From positions 13,671 to 77,670 of the IMG/VR virus record IMGVR_UViG_3300025815_002670: 64,000 nucleotides of DNA; one strand, 5' to 3'. The notes under the pieces were generated by a model that made no database searches, was not told the DNA's origin, and worked only from the letters and a program-made list of their open reading frames with translations. Source of the stretch: a virus. Of this stretch, positions 36,970-47,338 are shown piece by piece. The position numbers and the translations under genes were made by a program. Each line of letters starts with the position of its first letter. Within the stretch, counting starts at the first letter, position 1.

Positions 36970-39900
36970 TGAGCATCAGAAAACTTTTTGACTCAAATAA
37001 GCCGCAAACGGTCTTAGTTTCTACAAACCTCGAAGAAGAGGTTGTCAAAAACGCCCCGGAACTTGAGTCTGCGGACAATGTTAGAGAGCAGATCAAGCGC
37101 ATCAACCGCTACATCCCGGCGGTTGACTTCTCCGATCCAGCAAACTTCGTCACTTACGGCTCGGCACAGTCCTATTACGAAGACGCCGTTTCCCGCATTT
37201 ACCGTGAGTTTCCTTATGACGGCTCCGAGGAAGAAATAACTCGCTTCCACAACGAGTCAAATTACCTCGATCTCTACATTTTTGACAACCGCTACCCACG
37301 CACAACCGGTTATGCCATTTTCTCCTCTAACGGCTGGGGCACAGCAGGCTCGGCAGTCAGCGGCTGGGGCTCTTCCTCCGCACCCGAATATATTTCATTC
37401 GTAGGCGGCCCACACACCGCTTCTGGGGGCATGCCAGCCGGAACACTACACTACACCTTCACCGGCTCCAACTACTACGACACGGACATTTACGGCACTG
37501 ACGGCACGCTTGCTCTTGACCGTGTTGGTTCCCGCGAGTCAAACCTAAACTACGATCTTTCCAAGGGCGTCTCCGTTGAGTTCTGGCTAAACAAGGACAC
37601 TTGGCTTACCGCTTCTACCGAAAAAGAAGTCATTTTTGACCTTTGGAACGGCTCTGTTTCCTCCTCTGCCGGTTATGGTCGCTTCCTCCTCTACGTCACA
37701 GGCGCCACTGACGGTGCGGATCCGCTTTACCTTCACCTTGGATCCGGCTCCAACACAGCAGACATTAGCCTACTTTCCAGTGCCTACACAACCGCATCCA
37801 TCGCTGACGGTGCTTGGCACCATTACGCCGTCACAGTTCAGTCAGGCTCTACGGGGCTCACAACAAAGGCTTACGTCGATGGCACACTAAACAAGACCAC
37901 GACATCGGCTATTGACTTTGGAGCCGTCACAGGGTCGCTCAAGGCTTTCATAGGGGCATTGCAAACCGCTCCGTCCGGTGCTGCCTTCGCTGGCACAACG
38001 ATGACCGGCTACGGCAAACTTTCTGGTTCTATTGACGAGTTCCGCTACTGGAAGTCCAAGCGAGACGAGAAAGACATCCAAAACAACTGGTGGACGCAGG
38101 TTCGCGGCGGGACAAATGAAGAGATCGCCAACGCAGAACTCGGTGTTTACTACAAGTTCAACGAGGGCATAACCAGCGTCACGGCGACTGACTCCGTTGT
38201 CCTCGACTATTCAGGCCGCATCACAAACGGAACCTGGGTTGGCTACCCTGGCTCCTCTGCTCGTTCCACAGGGTCCGCTATTGACTCCTCCACAGCAGTC
38301 GTTGCGGACACGGTAGAATACAAAGATCCGATTATTTACTCCACACACCCGGATGTGAGCGCACTTTACGACGAACTTTCTTCGTCCGGTAGCGTCCACG
38401 ACTATGAAAACCAGGCAAGCATCAAGGACTCTATTCCGTCTTGGATCATCGATCAGGACGAAACACAGGGCTCAAACGAGGTTACGCGCCTCACACAGAT
38501 CGTTGGTTCCTACTTCGACACACTAAACCTCCAGATCAAGGCACTTCCACACCTAACCGACAACACTTACCTAACTTCCAGCGCCAAGCCAACCCCATTT
38601 GCTCGCAACTTGCTTTCCTCCAAGGGCCTTGAAGTCCCAGAGATCTTCGTTGACGCTGACATCCTTGAGCGTTTTGCTAACAGAAGGTCAGACAGAGCCT
38701 ACGAACTCGATCTAAACGAGGTCAAAAACCTCATTTACCAGAACATCTACAATAACCTTACTTACATCTACAAATCAAAGGGAACGGAAAAGGCGTTTAG
38801 AAACCTTATTCGCTGCTATGGCATCGGCGATGAAGTCGTTCAGTTCAACGCTTACGGCAACAACGCAGAGTTCAAGTTCGAGGACACAGACTACTCCACG
38901 ATCACTCGCAAGAACTTTGTTGATTTCAACCACCCAGATCGTTTTGGTGGCATCGTTTACCAGAGTTCTTCTGCTACAAACTCCGAAACAACTGGCATTA
39001 CACACGTCACAGGAACAGCCCGCTACCTTCCAAACACAGCCGAAGTAGAGGTTTTCTTCCCAAGAAAGTACGAGTTCAGCAACCCGCAGTATTTCCACAC
39101 TCCGTTCCTAAGTTCTTCCATTTTTGGACACCACAACTCCCAGGGCGAGACAAACTTTGACTGGCTCACTACTGCTGCTGACGACAAGAACTTCCAACTT
39201 TACTTTGTTCGCACCTACCTAAACTCAAGAGATGGCTACTTCCAACTTCGGAACAGAACAGGAACACTAAACCTCACAAGTTCCGTTTACAGCAACGTCT
39301 ACGACAACCAAAAGTGGAACTTTGCTGTCCGAATCAAACACGAAAAGTACCCTTACTCCAACGGTCTAACTGGTTCAGCGTCAGACACGCATATCCTCGA
39401 ATGGTACGGCGTCAACACAGAGTTTGGTGTTGTCAAAAATGAGTTTGAAGTCACAGCAAGCGGTCTCGGAAACGAGTATCTTACCAACGATCGCCGCTAT
39501 TACATCGGTGCAGACCGCACAAACTACTCCGGTTCCGTCGTCACAAACTCGGATGTCAAGGTTACATCCATTCGTCACTGGGCTTCCTACCTTGAAAACG
39601 AAGTCATCGTCGAACACGCAAAAGATCCTGCTAATGTCGGAACCAAGTTCCCAAGCAGAAATATCGCTTTCAACGCGGATTCAACAACTGCCGGCGTCGA
39701 CAACCAGACTATTCCAAACATCGAGTCCCTCGCCATGCATTGGGACTTCGCACAGGTCACAGGAACAGACGCAGGTGGCGCTTTCACCGTTGAAGACGCC
39801 TCTTCTGGTTCAGTATCACTATTCTCTCGCTACTCCAACGACGGCAACCTTTCCAGAATTATCAATAGTCAGTACGCTGGCGTTGCCTACTTCCCGGCAG

Positions 39901-42900
39901 CACTTTCCTCCACAAGCGTCATCGATAAAGAATTCCTACCAACAAACCGTCAGCGTTTGCCCGAGGTCATAAACTCCGCAGATGCTGTCAATGTCCTTTC
40001 CAGGGACGATGAACTTTACCCAAGAGACGCTGCGCCTTCACAGATGTTCTTTGCTTTTGAGAAGAGCATGTATGGCATCGTTTCCCAGGAAATGGTTAAC
40101 TACTTTGGAACGATCGTAGAGTTCAACAACCTCATCGGCGATGTTGTCAACAAGTATCGCGGAGACTACAAGGGTCTTCGCCTCCTTCGCCAACTCTTCT
40201 TTGAGAAGATCCAAAACAACCCAGACCTCGACAAGTTCATCGAATACTACAAGTGGATCGACAACTCCCTTGGCATCTTCCTCCAGCAACTCGTCCCCGC
40301 TTCTGCCGACGTTTCCGACGAAATTAGAACAGTCGTGGAAGACCACATCCTTTCTCGCTCCAAGTACGACCACAAATACCCGCAACTCGACTACAAGGGC
40401 AACGAGCGCTTTGGTGGTGACGAAGCCAAGTTGGAAGCCAGGGTCAAGGGCATCGAAGAACTTACTTACAACTGGGAGTTTGGCCACGCACCACTCAATA
40501 ACCTACAAAGCACAAGCGGTCGTTGGTGGAAAGAAAGAGCCAAGCGAACCAACACAGCCTTTGGCACGGCAACAGCCATCGACACAGCCCGCCAAGACCT
40601 CAACGACATCATCCTAAGTTTTAACTCTGCTTCTGCCGAGGAGTTCAACCAGAGCACCGGCATCGGAAACACCTACTTCGGTTCCACTTACGCCCTACGC
40701 AACTTTGCGCAGACAACCAGAACAACGGTTCACCTAGACAAGAAGATCGGCGGTGGCTACAACTACCCACCAGGGCACAGGCCAGACGCGCTATTCTCTA
40801 TTACAAAGCGTGGAACAGCCGGCGCAGATCTACTAACAGTATCTAAAGGCAACTTCCAAGACCTTGACATTGCTGAAACTGGCGAGCCCATCGTCACCAT
40901 CAAACGCCGCTTTGACGATCCTCTCGGAACCGACAACCAGAACCAAAACGGCTACTCAACCGGCAAAAACAGCCTACCGGCTGTCCTTTACAGTTCCTCA
41001 GCCGGAACAACCGGTTACAGATCCGAGACTACTGGAATCGAGTTTGCCGGCTTCCACAACGACTCTTACGGACCAGAATACGATGTTCCGATGCAGGGTC
41101 CGTTCTCCGACGCCCATGTCGGCGGTTACAGGCATCGCCACGAAGATCTTACCGGAGATCCTACTCTAACCTCCTCTACAACCAGAGCCGAGGCTTGGTA
41201 CAGAAACGGCGCGAACTACTCATCTGCTGACTACAACTTTACAAGACCCTCTGCTTCTCCACAGTACCGCAGAGGCGAAGGTGTCAAGCGCCCACTAAAC
41301 ATCGAAAACATCCAGCACAGGACCGGCTCCAACACGATCCGCATGGGCAACTTCGACAAGCGTTACGAAGTTGTTATGACAAACTCTCGCAGAACAAATA
41401 ACTCCCAGTTTGTTAAGAACGAGGGCTTCTCTACCGCCTCTGTGACCTCCGATGTTCTCGGCTATGTCGAAGCCCTTGTGGACTATGCAAAGCCCGTCAG
41501 AGCACGCACAGAGCACGTCATCGTCAACCGTTTCTCTGCTCCCGGCGGCCCAGAGACTGCTGGTGACGCACAGGGTGGTGCGGGACTTGATTACGTTTCT
41601 TCCGAGTTGAGCCCTTACAACAACCTAAACTACAGAAATCTAACGATCCGCCAGCCTCTCCGCACACTCCTTACCGAGCGCTCCGAGCAGTTTGGTCTTC
41701 GTTCTGGTTCAGCGGTTTCAGCCCTGGACTACACAAACGTCACGGCAAGTTTCCACAAAATCAACAGAAACGGCATAAAGCAGTTGGAGTCAAGTTCTGC
41801 CGGCGGCATTGTGACTTCTTCGGTGTTCGACAACTACTATGTCCAGCACATGATCCCGCAGTCCGACTTCCAATACACTTGGATCACAGCGTCTTATGTC
41901 TCCACAGTCGGCGACATCTACGGCTACCTTCCTTACGACGGCTTGGCATCCTCCTCAACGGGGCTCATTAGCGCAATCAACTTTGTTAGTGGTAGTGAGA
42001 TCACTATTGCTGGGAGTTTTGTTGATTTTGTCAATACCAACACAATAATTGTCGATCCAATAAATACCTCTGATTTTACAACAGGCTATTCACTTCCTAC
42101 TGATGTTGATGAATATGTTCCTGGGACATCGCTCGGAGCCCAGCGGAGTAAAGTCTTGAATGGACTTGTTGCTCACCGTGGAGGAGTATACGGCTACAAC
42201 ACTTGGAAGCAACAGAGGGTTGGCGAAGGCAGGCTCCCACGCTACTTCCGCGAAAACAACATCTACACCCACACGCCAAAGGTCGGTGAACCAATAACAG
42301 TGACGACTCCTGGCGGAACAACAACGGTTCCAGTCAGAAATAGAGCAACCTTGGCTGTCACACAGTCCTCTGTCGACGTTGCATTTAGGCCACTTTCCTA
42401 CAAACTCGTCGTCAAAACGGGCGAAAACGACAGAGGCGAAGACATAAACTCGATCGCAGTTGTCAAAGCAAGTTTCGGAAACAACCTTGCGTTCTTCGAA
42501 GACTCCGACTTCAACGAGGCGATCGGGGCACAAATAGATTTCAGAGACACGCCTTACAGAACTCTCCTAAACCTCTACGGCAGAAAGAACAACCAAAACT
42601 CTTCACTTCCGATCAAGCGTCTTTCAGAACTCCGCTACTCAGAAGTTGTTTACCCATCCAGGGCAAACATCTACAGAGACATCATCCGAGGTAGAACAAG
42701 TTTTGAAAACAACTTCTGGCGTGATGCTCGTGCAGATCGTGTTACCAAGGGTGAGGCGAAGAAGCCAACAAACGTTGCGCAAGTTACAGTAAGCCAAAGC
42801 GCATGGGCATTAGATGCGCACATCAATTTTGTTTCTATTGCAGACACAGTTTTTTCTGGCGGTTTAGCAAGAAACAACGAAGACGGTTACAAGCCAGGAG

Positions 42901-45900
42901 AATTGCAAAACCTTTATGTGCACTTCCACGCAGGCACTTCTTCAAACGCTCAGCCAGGCTTGCTTTATTCCAGAAAACAGATCTATCCCTTAACTAGTGC
43001 TGTGGCCCCTGTGTGGGGTATGGAGATTCCAGAGATTGCAGCGTCATCAGATCCAAACCTTTTGCAGCCGAAATCAATGTTCCGTGGTGAAGCCCTCTGG
43101 GAAGCTGCTGCACAAGCCGGTGCTTACGAAGGAACGTCAAGCACATTCGTTTCTTCCGCAGCCAACCCGTTCTACGACGACTACGAGGCTTACTTTGCCG
43201 ACATCAGAAGCAAGGGCAAGGACTACTCCATCATTCCAGAGTTCAGGATCTCCGAGCACATTGACTTCTACGATGCAAACTCCGACGACTTCCTCAAAGA
43301 AAACCAGAAACTATTCTCCATTTTCGGAACACCAACCGCTTCAACAGTTCCGCAGAACAGTTCAGAGGCTGACTTCTTCAAGGTCTTTACAAACTCAGAC
43401 TTTATGAAGCATTTTGAACTCATAAAGAACGACCACGAAAGAATCGCAGATCCACACGCCATCACCTTGAAGTGCAAGGCAATCAAGAAGTTTGTTCCTT
43501 ACGACGGCTTCTACCCTGCTGAAAGAACAACGGAGATGGTAGAACAGTTTATTCAAGATTATTCTGGTTCTGTAAATAAGATCAGCGGCGAAAACTTAGG
43601 AGAGGATGCTTCATTGAGAACGGTCTTAAAGCCGCTCTTTGCACCGGGCATTCTTTACAACACTATCAAGTCAGGAATCGCTGTTGATTATCCAATTTTG
43701 CAACAAGGGTTAACCCAACAGATCGGCACTAATACTCCAAAAAGAGGAGTGACTTATGATGCAACTTCATTCACTGCACAGGTTAATGAATTTATCACAT
43801 CTGCCTCTTTCGCCATTATGTCAAGCACAAAACCAGAAAGTAGAAATGCCGTTTCTAGAGTAGTCGACCACTCAAGAGGCTGGGATAAGAGAATCCCATT
43901 CGAAGCAATAATTGATCCAGACAACTACCTTGCAAGCGTAAGAGTTGCTGATGACGAACCAAGCAACTGGGCAAGAATAAGAAGTGTCGTGTCATTTGAC
44001 GGAACTGGCGGTTCAAAATACAAAAAGATGATTAACAACTTCTTTGCTGAGAGTGTAAATTTCTTCTTACCAAACGGACAACTTACAACATTAGAGTCTC
44101 TACCGCAAAGAGAGTTCAAAACAGTGACTCCTGGAGTGCCATACGGAATGAGAATCAAGATGTGGCGCTCTATGGACCAGCCACGCCTATTCAGTGGTTC
44201 TTGGGGTGATTTTGAGGTTCCACAGAACACTCCAGAGTCTGGTTCTACCGAGTCAAGAGCAGCAAGAGAAACCTTCACGATGTATAGTCGACCAGGCGCA
44301 TTTGGTGTTCCGTTGGCGCTCTATGCGAGCGGTAACCACAACTTATGGCCTGGTGCAGACACGGTTCCAGGCACAAAATATGACTTCTCACCAGCAAATG
44401 GAATTTATGGATCACACACACCGCCTTATTATGACGGTGAATGTTGGTTTGACATTATTTTCTGGCCCCGGGGCGTAGAAACAGCACTAGAGCCCTCTCC
44501 ACCACAAGTCTTCCAGTTTAAGGCAGATGAAACTGGTGAACAATACAGACCAACTCTAGATGAGATATTCGCTTCTCCACACGAATCAATTTTTTATGTC
44601 AGCGGAACTCAAAACAACAATGTCCCACTCGCCGGCTCTTTTACAAGAAAATGGCGATATGATCAGGAAGCTCTTAAAAACATCGCTGGCTCTTCTTACC
44701 ACGTCAAGTCTTTCACAGGCGGCGCCGCGACGGTTCCATACGTTGGGCCAGCCTCTGGCCCGTTTATGAACGAGTGGGCAATGCAGCTTGATTCTTGCCT
44801 CAACATTTTCCGTAAGAATGCACGAGGAAACAAGTGGTCTATTCAGACAAAATTTGAGACACCAATGCTCAACTTTAATCACGTCAGTACGGGAAGTAAC
44901 ACGTTGACCGTAACCGATGATGCCGATGCGAATTCTTGTATCCCAAGAGGTATGTGGCACCAGTTTGGTCGCCTACCACTTGACGGCGAGGGTGTTTATC
45001 TACAAATTACTGACATTCCGACGCAATGGCTTGAAACTCACCCAAGCGCTACGCTAGTTCCCGATCTGGCTGGAACTATTTCTTCACTAAATAAGAGCCC
45101 TTATGTGAACAATGAGTCTGATGTCGCAACATATTTCAACGGCTATACTCTTCCGATCGGAACAGTTTCAGATGATGGTTCGTCTACTAGTTACATTAGA
45201 CCAGAAGTCCAATCTCTTGTAGACATCTGCGGCTTTAGCACCGATCCGGTTAGAATTGGTGAGATTCGCGATCGCAAGTTCCTGAGAGAAGCTGTTGTAG
45301 CCGTTCCATTCAAGATCGTTGACGGAGAAAGAAAATTCTACAGAACATTTGATCCGAGACGACCAGAATCACGCATTTCCGGCAAGAGTTACAGAAACCT
45401 TGTTGATGCGATGCAAAGATATGTTTTCCCACCGACATTCGACTTCGTAAACAACCCAGAAGTCACACCGGTCTCAATGTATGTCTTTGAGTTCAAACAC
45501 GAACTTACAAAGGACGATCTTTCCAAGATCTGGCAGAACGTCACGCCAAACATTGGCACAGAAGCACAGGCTTCTTTCGCAACAATAAGCCACGAACTTC
45601 TCGCAAACGAACTGCTTGGAGATATTGAAGAGGCCAATGCAGCAACCGCTGCAAACATTCCTTACGACGATATGGATAACCAGATCCAGTGGATGGTTTT
45701 CAAGGTCAAGCAAAGAGCCCGCAGCGACTATTTTGAGGATGTTGAGAACAAGGGCCGCTCAATGCCGTTCTACACCTACAACTGGCCTTACGACTTCTGC
45801 TCCCTTGTTGAACTTGCACAACTTGAAGTTTCCATGGACTTCAAGAAAATCCCAGACACAAGAAAGGTTCGCGCCAAGCGCGTCGATCTACCTGACGAGT

Positions 45901-46256
45901 TGGCTCTCCTTGACAGAGGCGCAGGAGCAGGCCGCGAAGGTACATTTGTTGGAGATGTAAGTGTATTCGCAGAAACAAGTCTTCGTCCAGACCTTGAAGG
46001 TACTGGTCGTTCTACCGCAACCTTCAACCAGGGCGGCGATGTTGTTGAACGAGGAGGCCCAACAATTCTCGGACCAGGAGGCGTTGTGGACGCTGAAACT
46101 GCTGCCTCACAAACCGCCGGCGGGATTATGGATACTCTAGAAGGTGGCCGTTCTGGAATAGCAGGAGTTAGAAACGACACAGTTGGAGGACCACAAGGTC
46201 AAGCACCCGGCACAAACAACCTTGGTGGCATAGGCGACCAGGACATAGACGGATAA
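36969..46256 (+). CDS. 3095-aa baseplate/tail protein with LamG (concanavalin-like) domains and a gp7/P2-I-like motif
   Basis: SVEFWL, WHHYAVT, YVDG, GSIDEFRYW, YYKFNEG (LamG); IYKSKGTEKAFRNLIRCYG. Confidence 0.75.
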   Translation: MSIRKLFDSNKPQTVLVSTNLEEEVVKNAPELESADNVREQIKRINRYIPAVDFSDPANFVTYGSAQSYYEDAVSRIYREFPYDGSEEEITRFHNESNYLDLYIFDNRYPRTTGYAIFSSNGWGTAGSAVSGWGSSSAPEYISFVGGPHTASGGMPAGTLHYTFTGSNYYDTDIYGTDGTLALDRVGSRESNLNYDLSKGVSVEFWLNKDTWLTASTEKEVIFDLWNGSVSSSAGYGRFLLYVTGATDGADPLYLHLGSGSNTADISLLSSAYTTASIADGAWHHYAVTVQSGSTGLTTKAYVDGTLNKTTTSAIDFGAVTGSLKAFIGALQTAPSGAAFAGTTMTGYGKLSGSIDEFRYWKSKRDEKDIQNNWWTQVRGGTNEEIANAELGVYYKFNEGITSVTATDSVVLDYSGRITNGTWVGYPGSSARSTGSAIDSSTAVVADTVEYKDPIIYSTHPDVSALYDELSSSGSVHDYENQASIKDSIPSWIIDQDETQGSNEVTRLTQIVGSYFDTLNLQIKALPHLTDNTYLTSSAKPTPFARNLLSSKGLEVPEIFVDADILERFANRRSDRAYELDLNEVKNLIYQNIYNNLTYIYKSKGTEKAFRNLIRCYGIGDEVVQFNAYGNNAEFKFEDTDYSTITRKNFVDFNHPDRFGGIVYQSSSATNSETTGITHVTGTARYLPNTAEVEVFFPRKYEFSNPQYFHTPFLSSSIFGHHNSQGETNFDWLTTAADDKNFQLYFVRTYLNSRDGYFQLRNRTGTLNLTSSVYSNVYDNQKWNFAVRIKHEKYPYSNGLTGSASDTHILEWYGVNTEFGVVKNEFEVTASGLGNEYLTNDRRYYIGADRTNYSGSVVTNSDVKVTSIRHWASYLENEVIVEHAKDPANVGTKFPSRNIAFNADSTTAGVDNQTIPNIESLAMHWDFAQVTGTDAGGAFTVEDASSGSVSLFSRYSNDGNLSRIINSQYAGVAYFPAALSSTSVIDKEFLPTNRQRLPEVINSADAVNVLSRDDELYPRDAAPSQMFFAFEKSMYGIVSQEMVNYFGTIVEFNNLIGDVVNKYRGDYKGLRLLRQLFFEKIQNNPDLDKFIEYYKWIDNSLGIFLQQLVPASADVSDEIRTVVEDHILSRSKYDHKYPQLDYKGNERFGGDEAKLEARVKGIEELTYNWEFGHAPLNNLQSTSGRWWKERAKRTNTAFGTATAIDTARQDLNDIILSFNSASAEEFNQSTGIGNTYFGSTYALRNFAQTTRTTVHLDKKIGGGYNYPPGHRPDALFSITKRGTAGADLLTVSKGNFQDLDIAETGEPIVTIKRRFDDPLGTDNQNQNGYSTGKNSLPAVLYSSSAGTTGYRSETTGIEFAGFHNDSYGPEYDVPMQGPFSDAHVGGYRHRHEDLTGDPTLTSSTTRAEAWYRNGANYSSADYNFTRPSASPQYRRGEGVKRPLNIENIQHRTGSNTIRMGNFDKRYEVVMTNSRRTNNSQFVKNEGFSTASVTSDVLGYVEALVDYAKPVRARTEHVIVNRFSAPGGPETAGDAQGGAGLDYVSSELSPYNNLNYRNLTIRQPLRTLLTERSEQFGLRSGSAVSALDYTNVTASFHKINRNGIKQLESSSAGGIVTSSVFDNYYVQHMIPQSDFQYTWITASYVSTVGDIYGYLPYDGLASSSTGLISAINFVSGSEITIAGSFVDFVNTNTIIVDPINTSDFTTGYSLPTDVDEYVPGTSLGAQRSKVLNGLVAHRGGVYGYNTWKQQRVGEGRLPRYFRENNIYTHTPKVGEPITVTTPGGTTTVPVRNRATLAVTQSSVDVAFRPLSYKLVVKTGENDRGEDINSIAVVKASFGNNLAFFEDSDFNEAIGAQIDFRDTPYRTLLNLYGRKNNQNSSLPIKRLSELRYSEVVYPSRANIYRDIIRGRTSFENNFWRDARADRVTKGEAKKPTNVAQVTVSQSAWALDAHINFVSIADTVFSGGLARNNEDGYKPGELQNLYVHFHAGTSSNAQPGLLYSRKQIYPLTSAVAPVWGMEIPEIAASSDPNLLQPKSMFRGEALWEAAAQAGAYEGTSSTFVSSAANPFYDDYEAYFADIRSKGKDYSIIPEFRISEHIDFYDANSDDFLKENQKLFSIFGTPTASTVPQNSSEADFFKVFTNSDFMKHFELIKNDHERIADPHAITLKCKAIKKFVPYDGFYPAERTTEMVEQFIQDYSGSVNKISGENLGEDASLRTVLKPLFAPGILYNTIKSGIAVDYPILQQGLTQQIGTNTPKRGVTYDATSFTAQVNEFITSASFAIMSSTKPESRNAVSRVVDHSRGWDKRIPFEAIIDPDNYLASVRVADDEPSNWARIRSVVSFDGTGGSKYKKMINNFFAESVNFFLPNGQLTTLESLPQREFKTVTPGVPYGMRIKMWRSMDQPRLFSGSWGDFEVPQNTPESGSTESRAARETFTMYSRPGAFGVPLALYASGNHNLWPGADTVPGTKYDFSPANGIYGSHTPPYYDGECWFDIIFWPRGVETALEPSPPQVFQFKADETGEQYRPTLDEIFASPHESIFYVSGTQNNNVPLAGSFTRKWRYDQEALKNIAGSSYHVKSFTGGAATVPYVGPASGPFMNEWAMQLDSCLNIFRKNARGNKWSIQTKFETPMLNFNHVSTGSNTLTVTDDADANSCIPRGMWHQFGRLPLDGEGVYLQITDIPTQWLETHPSATLVPDLAGTISSLNKSPYVNNESDVATYFNGYTLPIGTVSDDGSSTSYIRPEVQSLVDICGFSTDPVRIGEIRDRKFLREAVVAVPFKIVDGERKFYRTFDPRRPESRISGKSYRNLVDAMQRYVFPPTFDFVNNPEVTPVSMYVFEFKHELTKDDLSKIWQNVTPNIGTEAQASFATISHELLANELLGDIEEANAATAANIPYDDMDNQIQWMVFKVKQRARSDYFEDVENKGRSMPFYTYNWPYDFCSLVELAQLEVSMDFKKIPDTRKVRAKRVDLPDELALLDRGAGAGREGTFVGDVSVFAETSLRPDLEGTGRSTATFNQGGDVVERGGPTILGPGGVVDAETAASQTAGGIMDTLEGGRSGIAGVRNDTVGGPQGQAPGTNNLGGIGDQDIDG

Positions 46257-46267
46257 AGGACTAAAAA

Positions 46268-47305
46268 ATGAAGTTTTTTGACTCAAAAGAAGAAGTTTTA
46301 GATGTCCAAATAACCAAGTATGGTCGTCATATGCTCTCACAGGGCAGGTGGAAGCCGACCTACTATGCGTTTTTTGACGAAGGCGTTATGTATGACGCAA
46401 ACTATGCCGGCATTACAACCGAAAATAAGAACTCCGCAGAGTCAAGAATCCAAGAGGACACTCCTTACCTAACCACGCAAACCAACTTTACGGGCCGTGA
46501 AGAATATTTGTTTGATGGTGTGGGCGATATCCAAGACAGGATGAGACTCGGTGTTTATGAAAAACTAAATGTTATGCCACAAAGCCTCGGCACAACAACG
46601 CTCGAATCAACAAAGACACCCGCCTACAAGATCCGCTTCCTTGAAGGCAGGATCCAGAACCTTGAAAACTCCCTAACCGGCAATGTTCGCACGGCAAATA
46701 CAGGTTCATCCACAATAACCAACTATTCCCAGCAACTTCTCAACATCCCACAGATCGATCTTGACGTTGAGTTCAAGATCTCCACAGAGGAAGTCGGCTC
46801 AACTCCAAAGTTTGAGTTCGATCCAGCACTGACACAGGGCAGGACTTACCCAGACAACTACCAAGTTTTCGTTGGACCGGATCAACTTCTTTTCATCATC
46901 GAAGAAGAGAACGCCTCTTTTGACCACGAGAACTTTGAGATCGAGATCTTCGAAATAAAAGACGAAACTGGCAACCTCGGCGAGCCAGTCCTCGAACAAC
47001 TTTCTTTCATCAAGCCAGTTCAGACAGTTGTTGACAACAAACTTATTGACGAAAGAAGAGCACAAATAATGGCAGGTCGTCCAAATGGTCAACTTCCAGA
47101 ACTGGATCCTACTTACGTTGAATATTTCTTTGATGTCAATGTCGATTCCGAGATCGATCAAAACATCATTTGTCGCTCTCTCAAGAAGGTCAAGTCCAAA
47201 GACCTATTCAACGACATTGAGGTTAACTGCCCAGACCTTAGAACAGTTATTAACACGAACATTTACGGCACCGATGCTCTATCCGATAACTGTCCAGATT
47301 ATTAG
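46268..47305 (+). CDS. Virion structural protein; N-terminus paralogous to 53406..54344
   Basis: FFDSKEEVLDVQITKYGRHMLSQG..YAFFDEGVMYD versus FLDNSGDIILDAVLTDTGRMRLAKG..FALGDDEINYE. Confidence 0.65.
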   Translation: MKFFDSKEEVLDVQITKYGRHMLSQGRWKPTYYAFFDEGVMYDANYAGITTENKNSAESRIQEDTPYLTTQTNFTGREEYLFDGVGDIQDRMRLGVYEKLNVMPQSLGTTTLESTKTPAYKIRFLEGRIQNLENSLTGNVRTANTGSSTITNYSQQLLNIPQIDLDVEFKISTEEVGSTPKFEFDPALTQGRTYPDNYQVFVGPDQLLFIIEEENASFDHENFEIEIFEIKDETGNLGEPVLEQLSFIKPVQTVVDNKLIDERRAQIMAGRPNGQLPELDPTYVEYFFDVNVDSEIDQNIICRSLKKVKSKDLFNDIEVNCPDLRTVINTNIYGTDALSDNCPDY

Positions 47306-47311
47306 AAAGAA

Positions 47312-47320
47312 ACTATTTAC
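47312..47320 (+). promoter_or_regulatory. Candidate late promoter ACTATTTAC
   Basis: Intergenic, before AGGA and ATG 47339. Confidence 0.65.
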
Positions 47321-47338
47321 ACCATAGGACACTAATCG

